64,000 nucleotides of DNA from an uncultured delta proteobacterium (GCA_963778655.1 CAVZVA010000003.1:32001-96000); one strand, 5' to 3'. Positions 50,287 through 60,561 are shown, numbered from the stretch's first letter. Made by a program: numbers and translations. Notes: a model not told the origin generated them from the letters alone.

Positions 50287-52431
50287 ATGGTCAGGCACCA
50301 GAAGCGCTCGCAGAAAGTCGTGCAGTCAAGCTACCTGCAAGTCGTCAGACTCCGCAACGGCAACTACCTGTGCGTCAACGCCTTTGCTCGAACGAGGATG
50401 GTCGTTCGCCCGCGAGTCAAGCAGCTCATCGACCTCTTCGAGACGCCTCGCTCGCCGGCCGAGGCGGTGCGCGCGCTCCAGCGCGTGCACGACGTCGACG
50501 CCGATGCCGCGCTCGCTTGTGTTCACGAGCTCATTGCCGCTCGGCTGCTGCACGCGGGTTCCCGCGCCTCGGAGCAGCAGCGAATGAAGGACTGGCTCTC
50601 ACAGTTCTTCGCCCGTGATCCGGAGGCGGGGCTCGACCGCTGGGTGCGCGCCACACCCCAGCAGCAAGAGGATTACTGGGCGCTGAGCGTGGGCCGTGAC
50701 ATCGAAAACCTACAACCGCTTCCCTACAAGCTGACCGCGATCGTCTTGGGCGCGTGCGACGTTCAGATGGAGACCGACGTGCTGCGCCACGAGGCCAGGG
50801 CGTTCGGGATCGACCTCACGCTGCTGTCGACGTTCGAGGATGACACTGCCCTAGTTTCCGAGCGCCGCCACGACTTCGTGATCGTGGGTGCGCTACAAGC
50901 ACGGTTCGACATGTTCGAGGCCGACGCCACCGGCCCGCAGACCCCGCATCACATATATGTCGAGTGCGCGCAAAAGCTGCTTGCCAGTCTACGCGAAAAG
51001 ACGAGCGCACCGATCTTGATCGACAACCTTCCCGTCCCGACCTGCTCCCCGCTTGGACTCGCGGACCGCGGCGTGGAGTCGCACCGCGAACGCGCACGGC
51101 GGGCGAACCTGGCCCTGGTCGAGCTGGCGAATGGGATCGAGGACGTGTTCGTGATCGATATCGATGCCGCGCTGGGCCGCGCGGGCAAGGGTGGGCTGCT
51201 CGATGATTCGCTGGTTGGCTTCAGTCACCTTGGGTCCCTTGGCTGGCTCCGACAGCGCGGGGAATCGGAGCGCCGCGCCGTTCATGGAGCATTTCCGCCG
51301 CTCGAGCAGCTCGCAGGGCTCGGCTCTGCGGAGCCGTTCGCGCACGAGCGGCTGATGGCCGCGGAGCACCTCGGGGTGATGCTTGCCTGCCTGGGCATCG
51401 GACGGCGCAAGTGCGTAATCGTCGATCTGGACGAGACACTTTGGCCTGGCGTTCTCGCCGAAACGGGCGCGCCGTTCGCCTGGGCGCCTGAGGTCAGCGG
51501 CCAGTTTTCGTTCGTGGGCCTCTACTTCGGCTTGCACGAAGCGCTCAAAGCCCTCGCGCGGCGTGGCATCCTGCTGGCCTGCGCGAGCAAGAACGACGAG
51601 GAGGTGGTTCGCCGGCTGTGGCGCTACTCACCGCACTACCCGGTCGAGCGTCTGCTGAGACTCGACGACTTCGTGATTCACCGCATCAACTGGAAGGAGA
51701 AGGTCGACAACATTAGAGACATCGCGGACGAGCTCAGCCTTGGGCTCGATTCCCTCGTGTTCATCGACGACAGCGCGGTCGAGCGGGCCAAGGTACGGGC
51801 GTTCCTACCCGAGGTGCTGGTGCTGGGTGAAAACCCGTTCACTACGCGCTTCGAGCTGCTGACCAGTCCGTGCCTTCAAGTATCCCGGATTACCAAGGAA
51901 GCACGCGAGCGCGCCCCACTGATGCGCGCGCAGCTCGCGCGCAGGCGGGCCGCGCGCAGCACCGTCGATCAGGCACGCTTCAACGCATCGCTCGAGATCG
52001 CGTGTGACATCCATCGAGTCGAAGGAGAGCACGAGCTGGACCGCATCCACGAGCTGGTCGTGCGCACGAATCAGTTCAACACGAGCGGCCGGCGCTACCA
52101 GAAGCAGGAGCTGCGCGCGCTCGCCCAGTCGGCCGAGGGCCGTGTCTATTCCATGTCGGTCAAAGACCGCTTCGCGGACTACGGATTGGTGGCCGCCTGC
52201 ATCTGCGACCGCCACGTGATCGAGCTGGTCGTGATGAGCTGCCGCGTGATCGGCATGGGCGTGGAGGATCGTCTCTTGCGCTTCGCGACCGCGGAGCTGG
52301 GCGCGAAGCATGGCCGAGTTGAGGGCCGGTTGATCGCGAGCGATCGAAACCTTCCGGCCCGAAGCTTGTTCAAGCAGAACGGCTTCGACCTGGTCGACGC
52401 CACGACGTGGCGCTTCGCGTGCGGCGTATAG
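50287..52431 (+). CDS. FkbH-like HAD-IIIC protein with an extra N-terminal winged-helix-like domain
   Basis: KCVIVDLDETLWPG, GILLACASKN, INWKEK, VFIDDSAVER, RTNQFN, DRFADYGLV, MSCRV. Confidence 0.9.
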   Translation: MVRHQKRSQKVVQSSYLQVVRLRNGNYLCVNAFARTRMVVRPRVKQLIDLFETPRSPAEAVRALQRVHDVDADAALACVHELIAARLLHAGSRASEQQRMKDWLSQFFARDPEAGLDRWVRATPQQQEDYWALSVGRDIENLQPLPYKLTAIVLGACDVQMETDVLRHEARAFGIDLTLLSTFEDDTALVSERRHDFVIVGALQARFDMFEADATGPQTPHHIYVECAQKLLASLREKTSAPILIDNLPVPTCSPLGLADRGVESHRERARRANLALVELANGIEDVFVIDIDAALGRAGKGGLLDDSLVGFSHLGSLGWLRQRGESERRAVHGAFPPLEQLAGLGSAEPFAHERLMAAEHLGVMLACLGIGRRKCVIVDLDETLWPGVLAETGAPFAWAPEVSGQFSFVGLYFGLHEALKALARRGILLACASKNDEEVVRRLWRYSPHYPVERLLRLDDFVIHRINWKEKVDNIRDIADELSLGLDSLVFIDDSAVERAKVRAFLPEVLVLGENPFTTRFELLTSPCLQVSRITKEARERAPLMRAQLARRRAARSTVDQARFNASLEIACDIHRVEGEHELDRIHELVVRTNQFNTSGRRYQKQELRALAQSAEGRVYSMSVKDRFADYGLVAACICDRHVIELVVMSCRVIGMGVEDRLLRFATAELGAKHGRVEGRLIASDRNLPARSLFKQNGFDLVDATTWRFACGV

Positions 52432-52477
52432 CGGTTGTCTTCGACGCGGCACGGCCGTGCGCTATCATACGGGCGCC

Positions 52478-53920
52478 ATGCCGCGGCCCGAGACACACTT
52501 GTTCTTCGAGTCCGAGACCGGCATACCGTATCGGGGCGGCTTGGCCTTCGGCAATACGTGCCTGCAGCGATCCCTCGAGCAGAGCGGTTTCTCCACACGG
52601 GTGTTCGTGACCGAGACCCGTTCCGAACGGAAACAATCGATCCCGCTCGAGCAAGCGGCGCTTCGAGCGTCCGTGCGTGCGGCGAAGACTGCGGCTCTCC
52701 GCGTGTTCAGCGACAATGCGCTGGCATCGATTCGACCGAACCGGGCCGATGGCGGGAAGAACGTGATCTTCTTCCGAGGGCTCAAATACAATGCGGGCGC
52801 CTTTTTGGAGACGAGCGCGATCGATGGCTGCTGCGCGAACTCGGAGTATTTGAAGTCCGTCTTGCTATCGATTCTTCTCTATCCATGCGGCAAGGGGCTG
52901 GCACCGGAGATCGACGGCGAGGTCGTGGTGGGTAGCGTCCCGCCGACGGCCTCGTGCACCGAGCATCCCAGCGGCTTTCCCACCGATGAGCCGTCGCATC
53001 GCCGGGAGCTACGCGCGCTTCTCGCAGGGGGACGCAAGACTTGGTTCGGACACGCAATCCGTCCTGGCAAGGCGAACGCCTTCGCCTCGCTTGCGATCCT
53101 CGCGCACCTCAGGAATGCAGTGCGGGCTCGCGGTCGTGGCGACGTCAAGCTGTTCGTCTACGAGAACGACTACGGCCGCTTCAGGCGAGCGGCACTCGAG
53201 CTGCCCACTCGTCTCGATGTAGACGACGTGATCGTGCCGGTGCCTTTTCTCTCCAACGAGGATCTCTACTGGCTGATGCGTCGATGCCGGTTCTCCCTAT
53301 GCTACGACGACTATCCGGAGCCGTTCGGGGTGTACCCGTTGGACGCGGTGTTCAATGGCACTCCGGTGTACACCAATGGAGCGGGAAACTTGCGCTACCT
53401 GCTGCCGGCCGGCCACGGGATCCGTACCCACGAGACAGCTGACATGTGGATCGGCCCCGCCGATAGGCGCTTCGCGGCCTTCAAGCCGGTCGCAAGCGCG
53501 ATCTTCGGTGAAATGGCCGAGGAGATTTCCGGCAGCAAGCTGCGCCTCTGGCGCCGGGCGATCCAGAAGCGGTACAGCTTCGGGAGCTTTCATGCTGCGC
53601 TGACCAGGCTGATCGAGCACACGCGCAGGCCGCGCGCGCTGCCCAGGCTGAAGCTCTCGACGCTGCGGCTCAACCTTGGCCCGCTCGTGCGTTCGTGGAG
53701 CCAGCGCGACGGGCGGGTGGTTTCCGATTACACGCACCTGACTCTCTCCGGCACACAGAACAGGGCGCTCGCGGCAGCGCTGGGCTGCTCGATCGCGGCG
53801 CTGCGCGCGCAGCCATCGCCGGTGCGGGAAACGCTCGCATACCTGTTTCGAGTCGGGGTGGTCACCTGGAGCGCGCCCTTCGGCCCGCACGTCCGGCTCG
53901 CGGGGAAGGCGGGTTCATAG
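52478..53920 (+). CDS. Divergent GT-B (GT4-like) glycosyltransferase
   Basis: CANSEYLK and PEPFGVYPLDAVFNGTPVY, resembling the GT4 EPFG..PLEA...GTPV signature. Confidence 0.65.
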   Translation: MPRPETHLFFESETGIPYRGGLAFGNTCLQRSLEQSGFSTRVFVTETRSERKQSIPLEQAALRASVRAAKTAALRVFSDNALASIRPNRADGGKNVIFFRGLKYNAGAFLETSAIDGCCANSEYLKSVLLSILLYPCGKGLAPEIDGEVVVGSVPPTASCTEHPSGFPTDEPSHRRELRALLAGGRKTWFGHAIRPGKANAFASLAILAHLRNAVRARGRGDVKLFVYENDYGRFRRAALELPTRLDVDDVIVPVPFLSNEDLYWLMRRCRFSLCYDDYPEPFGVYPLDAVFNGTPVYTNGAGNLRYLLPAGHGIRTHETADMWIGPADRRFAAFKPVASAIFGEMAEEISGSKLRLWRRAIQKRYSFGSFHAALTRLIEHTRRPRALPRLKLSTLRLNLGPLVRSWSQRDGRVVSDYTHLTLSGTQNRALAAALGCSIAALRAQPSPVRETLAYLFRVGVVTWSAPFGPHVRLAGKAGS

Positions 53921-54890
53921 CTTCTCGCGCCGGCCGGCGGCGTGCCGGTTGCTCGCGAGCGGCGCGAAGAATGCTCGCGGCGTCGAGCTGCTCGAGAACT
54001 GCTGGCAGCTCGGCGAGCAGCAACGCGAGGCGGGCCTGAGCCGCTGCACGCTGCTCTGTCGTGCCCCAGGCGCCGAGGGCCGGCTCGCGCCAGGCTGCGA
54101 GCCGGGCGAGGCGCGCCGAGAGCGCGTCGCGAAGCAAATCGAAGAACCGCGGCACACGGACGCCGAACGTCACCGACAGCGAGGCTTCGCGCGCACGCGT
54201 CGCGTGCCAGAATCCGGCCGGCAGGAAGATCGCCGATCCAGGACGCATGACGACTCGCCGGCTGCGGCGCGGCATGCGCGCCGAAACAGCGCGCTGGTGG
54301 CGTCCGGAGCCGAGCGCGGACCCCTCCGATGCCACGTAGTTCTCGAGCGGATGAACGACCTCGGGGTTCGGCGCGAGCTGCCAGCTCTTCTCGCCGACCA
54401 GCTGGACCGCGATCACCGAGTGCGCGTCGAAATGCTTGGGCACGCCCTCTCCCGCGGGAGAGAGGTAAACGTTGGCGTGGCAGGTACGGCTGGGCACCCC
54501 GAGCTCCGCGGCGAGCGCCTGCACCCATCTGCGCAGCGTCGGGTGCCAGGTATGAGCCCCACTGAAGCCGATGGTCGCACCGGCGGAGTACAGGAGGAGC
54601 GCTTGCTCCGGCTCGACTCGCAGCTGTTGATAGCCGCCGCGGGCCAGTGTGGCGGTCATCGACAGCTTGCGGTGGAATGGCCAACGCCGAAAGTCCGCAA
54701 GCGCGTCCACGCCGACGAGAGTGCCGAGGCGTTCAAGCGTTCCGTGTTGCACCAGCGGGCGCGAGGGCCAGTAGCGTTGGATGAGCTCCTCGGCCCGCAG
54801 GGGCGCGAACAGCGTGTCCAGCGACGGCGTTCCGGGCCGCACGGCCTTGGCTGCCAAGCCGGTGCGGCTGTGCGCGAGTCGAGAGCTCAT
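53862..54890 (-). CDS. JmjC/cupin_4 2OG-Fe(II) oxygenase (short type)
   Basis: ANVYLSP..GVPKHFD, QLVGEKSW, PGSAIFLPAGFWHAT. Confidence 0.9.
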   Translation of the reverse strand: MSSRLAHSRTGLAAKAVRPGTPSLDTLFAPLRAEELIQRYWPSRPLVQHGTLERLGTLVGVDALADFRRWPFHRKLSMTATLARGGYQQLRVEPEQALLLYSAGATIGFSGAHTWHPTLRRWVQALAAELGVPSRTCHANVYLSPAGEGVPKHFDAHSVIAVQLVGEKSWQLAPNPEVVHPLENYVASEGSALGSGRHQRAVSARMPRRSRRVVMRPGSAIFLPAGFWHATRAREASLSVTFGVRVPRFFDLLRDALSARLARLAAWREPALGAWGTTEQRAAAQARLALLLAELPAVLEQLDAASILRAAREQPARRRPAREAMNPPSPRAGRAGRRARSR

Positions 54891-56395
54891 CGGCGCCCAC
54901 GCCTCCGCGGCCCTGCGTGCCGCGCGGCCGCCTGCCTATCCTCACGCCATTCGCGCGGCGCCGCGGCGAGCCAGAACGGACGCCCCACCCCGCGGCTGGG
55001 CGCGCCGCGCGTCGCGCGCTCGATTTCGACGTCCAACCGCTGCCGCACCGCAAGGTCGCTCGGCACCAGCAGCTCACCCAGCAAGCGGATGATAGACACC
55101 GGCGGGTCGCCGTGGACAGCGGGTGGACACAGCTCCCGGGCAGACACCAGCCCTTCTCGACCCACGCGGTACGCGCGGGAAAACGCGCGATAGCCCCCGG
55201 CTTGCGCCACCGCGTCGAGCCCGATCTCGCCCGTGATCAGCCCGTGCAGGCTGGAGCCCGCGATTCGCAGCACGTAGTCTGCGTCGCTACGCTCGGCGCT
55301 GACGACGCGCGGCGGCGCCTGCGAAAAGTCGATCGTCCACGGCTCGACCGAGCGATCGGGAAAGACCACTCGGAACAAGAGCACCGCGCCCAGCACGCGT
55401 TCCGCGCGGGTGGAAGACACGAGGGCGCAGCGCTCGCGTGCGTGACTTTCGAAGAACCACCGCACCACGCGTTTGAGCGTGGCTGTCCCGAGCGCCCGCG
55501 GGTTCTCGTCCAGCAGCGGAGGCTTCTCGCCTCCGGGGTCGTATTCGGTCGAGCTAGCAGCGTCGTCGACCACGGTGCGAACGAAGCCCCCGGGTGCGCG
55601 CTGGCGGTGAAGGCGCGTGCCCCGACCGCGCACCTCGAGCACGTCGCCAGGATTGAGAATGAAGGTTCGGGTGCCGGGAAGCACAACCGCGAGATCCCGA
55701 ACGAAACGCTCGCGTCCTACGGGAAACTTGTAGCCGTTCAGCCAAGCCCCTGCACCCACCAAACGTTCGCCAGATGAGCTCGGGACCAGCGCGCGAGGCG
55801 CGAGCAGCCGCGCGCGGTGCAGGATCGTCCGGTATGCCTCATGGGGAAAATCCGTGCGCTGTGCCTCGAGCGCCCCCAGCTCGAGCGCTGGCTGGTAGCC
55901 GTGAGCGACCAGGTCCAGGGGGCCAAGCTTTTCGTTCACCCGCTCCAGGGTGTCGAGGCCCACTTCGGTGTCGACCTGATTCCAAAACGTGACTTCGCCG
56001 TCCGTCACCAACAAGCCGAGCTCCGGGAACCTGACCTCCGATGGCGTGAACAGGAGCTCGAGCCCTCCAAGCACGTGAAAGCTCCAGGGCGACACCGGCA
56101 CGACATCCTCGAAGCCGAGCCGGTCGAGCGCGTACAGGATCTCGAAGTCTGCCGCACAGAACACACGACAGTTGCGGCGAAGCCGCGCCAGGCTCGCGAC
56201 ATCGAAGTGGTCCCGGTGCGCGTGCGAGATGAAGATCGCATCCAGCTTTGGAAGCCCGCGGAGCGAGACCTGACGCGAGGGCGAGACCTCCCAGGCTCCT
56301 CCAGTGAATGTGGCCTCGAGCGTCGGGTCCGTAAGCAAGGAACTCTTGCCGCTGCGTACCAGCCACGAAGCGTGGCCCACGAACGTAAGCTGCAT
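54887..56395 (-). CDS. MBL-fold metallo-hydrolase/oxygenase with C-terminal extension
   Basis: TFVGHASWLV, LLTDP, ISHAHRDH (HxHxDH); C-terminal WTIDF...ADYVLRI resembles an SCP2-like domain. Confidence 0.8.
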   Translation of the reverse strand: MQLTFVGHASWLVRSGKSSLLTDPTLEATFTGGAWEVSPSRQVSLRGLPKLDAIFISHAHRDHFDVASLARLRRNCRVFCAADFEILYALDRLGFEDVVPVSPWSFHVLGGLELLFTPSEVRFPELGLLVTDGEVTFWNQVDTEVGLDTLERVNEKLGPLDLVAHGYQPALELGALEAQRTDFPHEAYRTILHRARLLAPRALVPSSSGERLVGAGAWLNGYKFPVGRERFVRDLAVVLPGTRTFILNPGDVLEVRGRGTRLHRQRAPGGFVRTVVDDAASSTEYDPGGEKPPLLDENPRALGTATLKRVVRWFFESHARERCALVSSTRAERVLGAVLLFRVVFPDRSVEPWTIDFSQAPPRVVSAERSDADYVLRIAGSSLHGLITGEIGLDAVAQAGGYRAFSRAYRVGREGLVSARELCPPAVHGDPPVSIIRLLGELLVPSDLAVRQRLDVEIERATRGAPSRGVGRPFWLAAAPREWREDRQAAARHAGPRRRGRR

Positions 56396-56522
56396 GTCAG
56401 GTGCTCTCCGGCACGGCGGCTGAATCATAGCGCATGAGCCCACCGTTTCGCCCGCGCGGCCGCATGCATTCGAGCTGTGCGAGCGTGCGAGCGCGTGCTA
56501 GCTTCGGCCCCACGAGGATCGA

Positions 56523-57695
56523 TTGCCGCGCGTGCATCCTGAGTCGCCCGCAAATATTCCTCTGGTTCGGCAGATGCTGACCGATCGCAACGTGCGCCTG
56601 CGCGCTCGGGCGGTCGACCACCGTTGGGCCTACGAGAAGCTCGTCCCGATCAAGGTCGCCGGCTTCAACCCGCTCACTCATTCGATCTACTACGCCACCC
56701 GATCGGCCTTCAGCGACTGGCTCGCCGACCCCTACGGCCCGGCCCGTAAGCACAACTTCCGTGACCGCCTGCTTCGCGAAGTGCTGATGGCGGCCCACGA
56801 CTATCTGCACGTCTGGGCCTACGGAACCATTGCGCAGCTCCAACCGAAGCTCGGGGTCGGGTCCGCTGCGATCACGCGCCGAAACCTCGAAGACATGGTC
56901 TTCTGCCAGCTCCTGACCGAAGCCGTGGCCACCGTGGGTCTCGACTACTGGTACCTCGCAGCCGTCGACCTGAACCAGGTGTGCGACCTCGGATCGAATC
57001 TCGAAGGACTCACAATCGGATACCACGATCGGCATCTTACGGAGTATCGCAAATTCGCACCCGATATCGACGTTCATACCGAGAGCTTCTTCGAGGACGT
57101 CGTGCGTGTCTACTGCCAGGGTGTGATCTCCAGGTTCTCTGCGCATGACGTGGCGCGGAGCCCGCTGCTCTTCAAATGGCTTCATCACGAGCTCGACTAC
57201 GGGAAGAAGCAGCGTCAGTACTCTCGGCTCTGGCTATGCCACCTGGCTCGGGAGCGCATCGAGCTGTCGCCCGCGCGCGTCGCCGCGCCAGTCGCAATCG
57301 GTGCGCCCTGGAAGAAAGCCCTGGTGCATGAGCTCGGCGCGCTGCTGTGGCACAAGATCAAGGACGACCGGCTGCTGAGCGTTCAGCCGGTGGCGTCGAG
57401 CTGGACCAGCCCGCGCGACCGCGAGCCAGACTTCCGCTTCGTCAATCTGAATCGGCTCGGGTCGGCCCTTTCTCGGCGGCTTGATTGGAGCCGCGTCGTC
57501 GGCGCGAGCTTCGACTACTTCTTCTACCAGTACCTCAGCGGGCTCGACCCCGACTCGTTCGATCCCCAATTGGCGGGGAGCTTCGAGCTGCTGCAGCGGA
57601 CCAAGGACGCGGCGCTCGTCATGAGCGTGTTGGGCTCACAGCGCCGCGTCCCCAGCTTGGCTGGCGAGCCTCGCGACCTCTTTCTCCCGAATTGA
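56523..57695 (+). CDS. Hypothetical metalloprotein with HDxxH...E motif
   Basis: AAHDYLHVW followed about 33 aa later by LTEAVA; strong codon bias; start uncertain. Confidence 0.65.
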   Translation: MPRVHPESPANIPLVRQMLTDRNVRLRARAVDHRWAYEKLVPIKVAGFNPLTHSIYYATRSAFSDWLADPYGPARKHNFRDRLLREVLMAAHDYLHVWAYGTIAQLQPKLGVGSAAITRRNLEDMVFCQLLTEAVATVGLDYWYLAAVDLNQVCDLGSNLEGLTIGYHDRHLTEYRKFAPDIDVHTESFFEDVVRVYCQGVISRFSAHDVARSPLLFKWLHHELDYGKKQRQYSRLWLCHLARERIELSPARVAAPVAIGAPWKKALVHELGALLWHKIKDDRLLSVQPVASSWTSPRDREPDFRFVNLNRLGSALSRRLDWSRVVGASFDYFFYQYLSGLDPDSFDPQLAGSFELLQRTKDAALVMSVLGSQRRVPSLAGEPRDLFLPN

Positions 57696-57699
57696 GAGC

Positions 57700-58341
57700 A
57701 TGCCGCCGGAACCTACACGAGCGCGATCCCTCGAGATGACTGGAATGGCAAAGCGGAGGCGCACACGGGAGCATCGGATCGACGGCGCCGAGATCCACGT
57801 CATCGACGATCTGCTCTCTCCACGCGCTCACGCCGTTGCCGCGCGAGCACTGCTCAATATGCCCTTCCGCAAATTGGAGGCGGACCGCGAGGGCACGCTC
57901 ATGCGCGGCTTCGTCGCCGACTTCGCGACCGAGCACGTTGCCGACGACCCGTTGGTGCGGGCAATGCTTGCGCAAGTGGCGCTGATCTTTCCAGCGGAGG
58001 CGTTTGCGGTTTCGCGCATGTACTGTAACAACAACGTGTACGGCGACATGTCGTACCCCCATCGCGACGCGTCTCCGAAGCGCCCCAAAGACGTGACCGC
58101 GCTGTACTACGCGAACGAGCGCTGGGAGCAGGACTGGGGCGGCGAGACGCTCTTCTACGACGCGACGGGCGACGCTCTGGTCTGTGTCACGCCAAGGTCG
58201 AACCGCCTGGTTTTGTTTCGTGGCTTCATCGAGCATCGCAACGGCATTCCGAGTCGCGAGTGCTACGCGTCCAGGCTGAGCTTCGTGATGAAGCTCAGAG
58301 CTCGCCCGGCCCGTCCTTCGCGCCGCGTCAGCAAACGCTGA
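57700..58341 (+). CDS. 2OG-Fe(II) oxygenase (prolyl hydroxylase-like)
   Basis: YPHRD (HxD), TALYYAN..W...WGGETLFY, PRSNRLVLF.G.IEH, R.SFV.K. Confidence 0.9.
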   Translation: MPPEPTRARSLEMTGMAKRRRTREHRIDGAEIHVIDDLLSPRAHAVAARALLNMPFRKLEADREGTLMRGFVADFATEHVADDPLVRAMLAQVALIFPAEAFAVSRMYCNNNVYGDMSYPHRDASPKRPKDVTALYYANERWEQDWGGETLFYDATGDALVCVTPRSNRLVLFRGFIEHRNGIPSRECYASRLSFVMKLRARPARPSRRVSKR

Positions 58342-59659
58342 GCGCGCGGATCAGGATCAGCTCGCGTAGAACCGCGCGCAGCAGCCGCGCGGTGATCCGG
58401 GTGGGCACACGATTCACCGTTGCGAGGCGCGGCAAGCCGCGCAGTAACACGGAAATGCGCTGGCCGCGTTTGTGATCGCGCCTGTGATCGATGCGTCGCA
58501 GCAGGTCCACGACCGCGGGGTGAAAGGGCAGCCGAAAGGTGTGGCCGTTGGCGGCGACGACCATGCGACGACCGACGCGTGCCCACGCGATCGGCCGTTC
58601 CGATGCTTTCTTCACGGTGGTGCGCCCGAACAGCTTTGGCGCGCGAGCGAGCGGTGCGGGAACAGCGAGAAATCCGAGCCCGGTCACACGTGCGAGGCGT
58701 ATCGCTTCGAGCTCGAGAGACAGCGCGCCGTCGCGCAGCGAGCGGCGGAGCTCGTCGAGCGCGGGGGCGAGCGCTGCTGGCGCGTACGGTGCCTGCTGCA
58801 GCGCGGAACCGGGCGGCGTCGCCGGCGGGGTCGCCCAGCGCGCGCGCCTCGGTAGCAGCGTACGCACAGCATCCGCGACGACGTCCTCGGCGGTCAGCGC
58901 CACGCGAGGGCTCGATGCAGTGCCGCCGTGTGTTCCGAGGCTCAGGTTGAGGCTCGCGGAGAAGCCCAGCGACTCGCCCACGTGCCAGAACCCGGCAGGC
59001 CAGTACACGATGTCTCCCTCGGTCGCGGAGAGCGTCGCAGCACACGCGAGCAGCGGCGCCCGCGCGCAGCGTCCTTGCTGCACGTCGGCAGTTGAAAGCG
59101 CCCTGGGCGGCCAGATGCGCATCCGCTTGTCGCCTGCCAGCATGAGCATGATCACCCCCACCCGGTCCTGATGGACCCCGAACGGGGTGGTCTCGTAGTT
59201 GCCGAGAAAGAGCCCGGCCTCGACCCCGTAGGCAGGCATTGGGCCTGCTCGGTACAATCCGCTCAGCAGGTCGCCGAGCTGCGACCAGAGCTCGAAGCTC
59301 GCGAGCTGCAGGTTGTTGATCACGAGGCCGACGCGTCGGCCTTTGAGCTCGGATCGCAGGCGGCTCAGGTAACCGGCCAACGCACGGTCGCGTCGGCGCG
59401 GCAGCAGTCGTGGGTCGCAGGTTTCGACGTTGTCGAGAAAGAGCCGCATCAGCGGGCGCGGGTTGTCGCGCGGTCGCATTTCGCAGGCGCGAACCAGCGC
59501 GCGCCACACAGCGCCCTCTGCAACAGGCACCCGCTTGCGCGCCGCGCGCACCCAAAGCGGCCGCTGCGCGGAGTATTCGCGGGCGACCTGCGACCAGAAG
59601 TTGCGAGTCAGGGCAGCGTGGTCCATGCCGCGTGTGGCGCCCGAGGCTACAGCCGTCAC
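58328..59659 (-). CDS. JmjC/cupin_4 oxygenase (long type, C-terminal ANGH domain)
   Basis: FLGNYETTPFGVHQD, GDKRMRIW, GDIVYWPAGFWHVGE; GTGA overlap with upstream gene. Confidence 0.88.
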   Translation of the reverse strand: MTAVASGATRGMDHAALTRNFWSQVAREYSAQRPLWVRAARKRVPVAEGAVWRALVRACEMRPRDNPRPLMRLFLDNVETCDPRLLPRRRDRALAGYLSRLRSELKGRRVGLVINNLQLASFELWSQLGDLLSGLYRAGPMPAYGVEAGLFLGNYETTPFGVHQDRVGVIMLMLAGDKRMRIWPPRALSTADVQQGRCARAPLLACAATLSATEGDIVYWPAGFWHVGESLGFSASLNLSLGTHGGTASSPRVALTAEDVVADAVRTLLPRRARWATPPATPPGSALQQAPYAPAALAPALDELRRSLRDGALSLELEAIRLARVTGLGFLAVPAPLARAPKLFGRTTVKKASERPIAWARVGRRMVVAANGHTFRLPFHPAVVDLLRRIDHRRDHKRGQRISVLLRGLPRLATVNRVPTRITARLLRAVLRELILIRALSVC

Positions 59660-60561
59660 GACGTGAGCAAGTCGACCACGCCAAGCGACTCGAGCTCGCC
59701 GCCGAGCGCGTCGAGCAGGCTCTGAAGGTGCGCGAGCCCCTCGCGCTGCGCTTTGCCTCGGGCCAGCAGGCCGAGCGCGGGTGCCCGCCAGGCTTCACGC
59801 TGCAAGAGCCGGCGTCGCAAGTGCTCGAGGGTCACGTCCATCCAGCTCATGGAAGGAAACGTCAGCGTCAACGCGATCGATTCTCGCAGCGTCTCCGAGG
59901 TATGCCAGTAACCCTTGGGCAGGTAGAGCACCGAGCCCCGGCTGAGTGTCAGCGAACGGCTGCCTTTGGGCATCTGCTTCGGAAAGGTGCGGGCGATACG
60001 TGCCAAGTCCGGCTCCAGCTTGCCCACCGCCGGAACGAAAGAACGCGTCGGGTATGCTAGCTCCGCAACCCTGGCGATGCGCCAGCGCTTCTCGCCCTCG
60101 ATCTGGACCAGGAACAGATCCTGAGAATCGAAGTGCATGACCGTCCCGATTCCCGGCGGTGAAACGTACACGCTGCAAAACACTTCGTGCTGTGGAGTTC
60201 CCAGCTCGCGGTACATCTGGCGCAGGAGTCGATCGATCGCCGGGTGCTCGAGGTAGTCGACGACCACCGTCGCGGTGCCGCCGGAGTACAGGGCCCTCGC
60301 CTGTGCATCGCTGACCTTGACCTGCATGTGTCCGCCGCCTGGGGTCGCGAACCAGGCTTGGACCTGACGGTGCGGACAGCCGAGCAGACCGTCCAGGTCT
60401 CTGAGCGCAGGAGCCCGAAACAGCTCGGGCATCCGCGCGTGGGCGGCTCGCGCCAGCAACGCGCGCCGCGTCCAGTACTGCTCGAGAAACCGATCCGGAG
60501 CAACCGGGTGCAACAACTCTCTCAACCCACCCGCCGAGCGCTTGATACGTCGTGCCACCAC
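59656..60561 (-). CDS. JmjC/cupin_4 oxygenase (short type)
   Basis: LLHPV...FLEQYW, VYVSPPG.G..MHFD, QIEGEKRW, GSVLYLPKGYWHT; start chosen inside ORF 59656..60843. Confidence 0.9.
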   Translation of the reverse strand: MVARRIKRSAGGLRELLHPVAPDRFLEQYWTRRALLARAAHARMPELFRAPALRDLDGLLGCPHRQVQAWFATPGGGHMQVKVSDAQARALYSGGTATVVVDYLEHPAIDRLLRQMYRELGTPQHEVFCSVYVSPPGIGTVMHFDSQDLFLVQIEGEKRWRIARVAELAYPTRSFVPAVGKLEPDLARIARTFPKQMPKGSRSLTLSRGSVLYLPKGYWHTSETLRESIALTLTFPSMSWMDVTLEHLRRRLLQREAWRAPALGLLARGKAQREGLAHLQSLLDALGGELESLGVVDLLTS

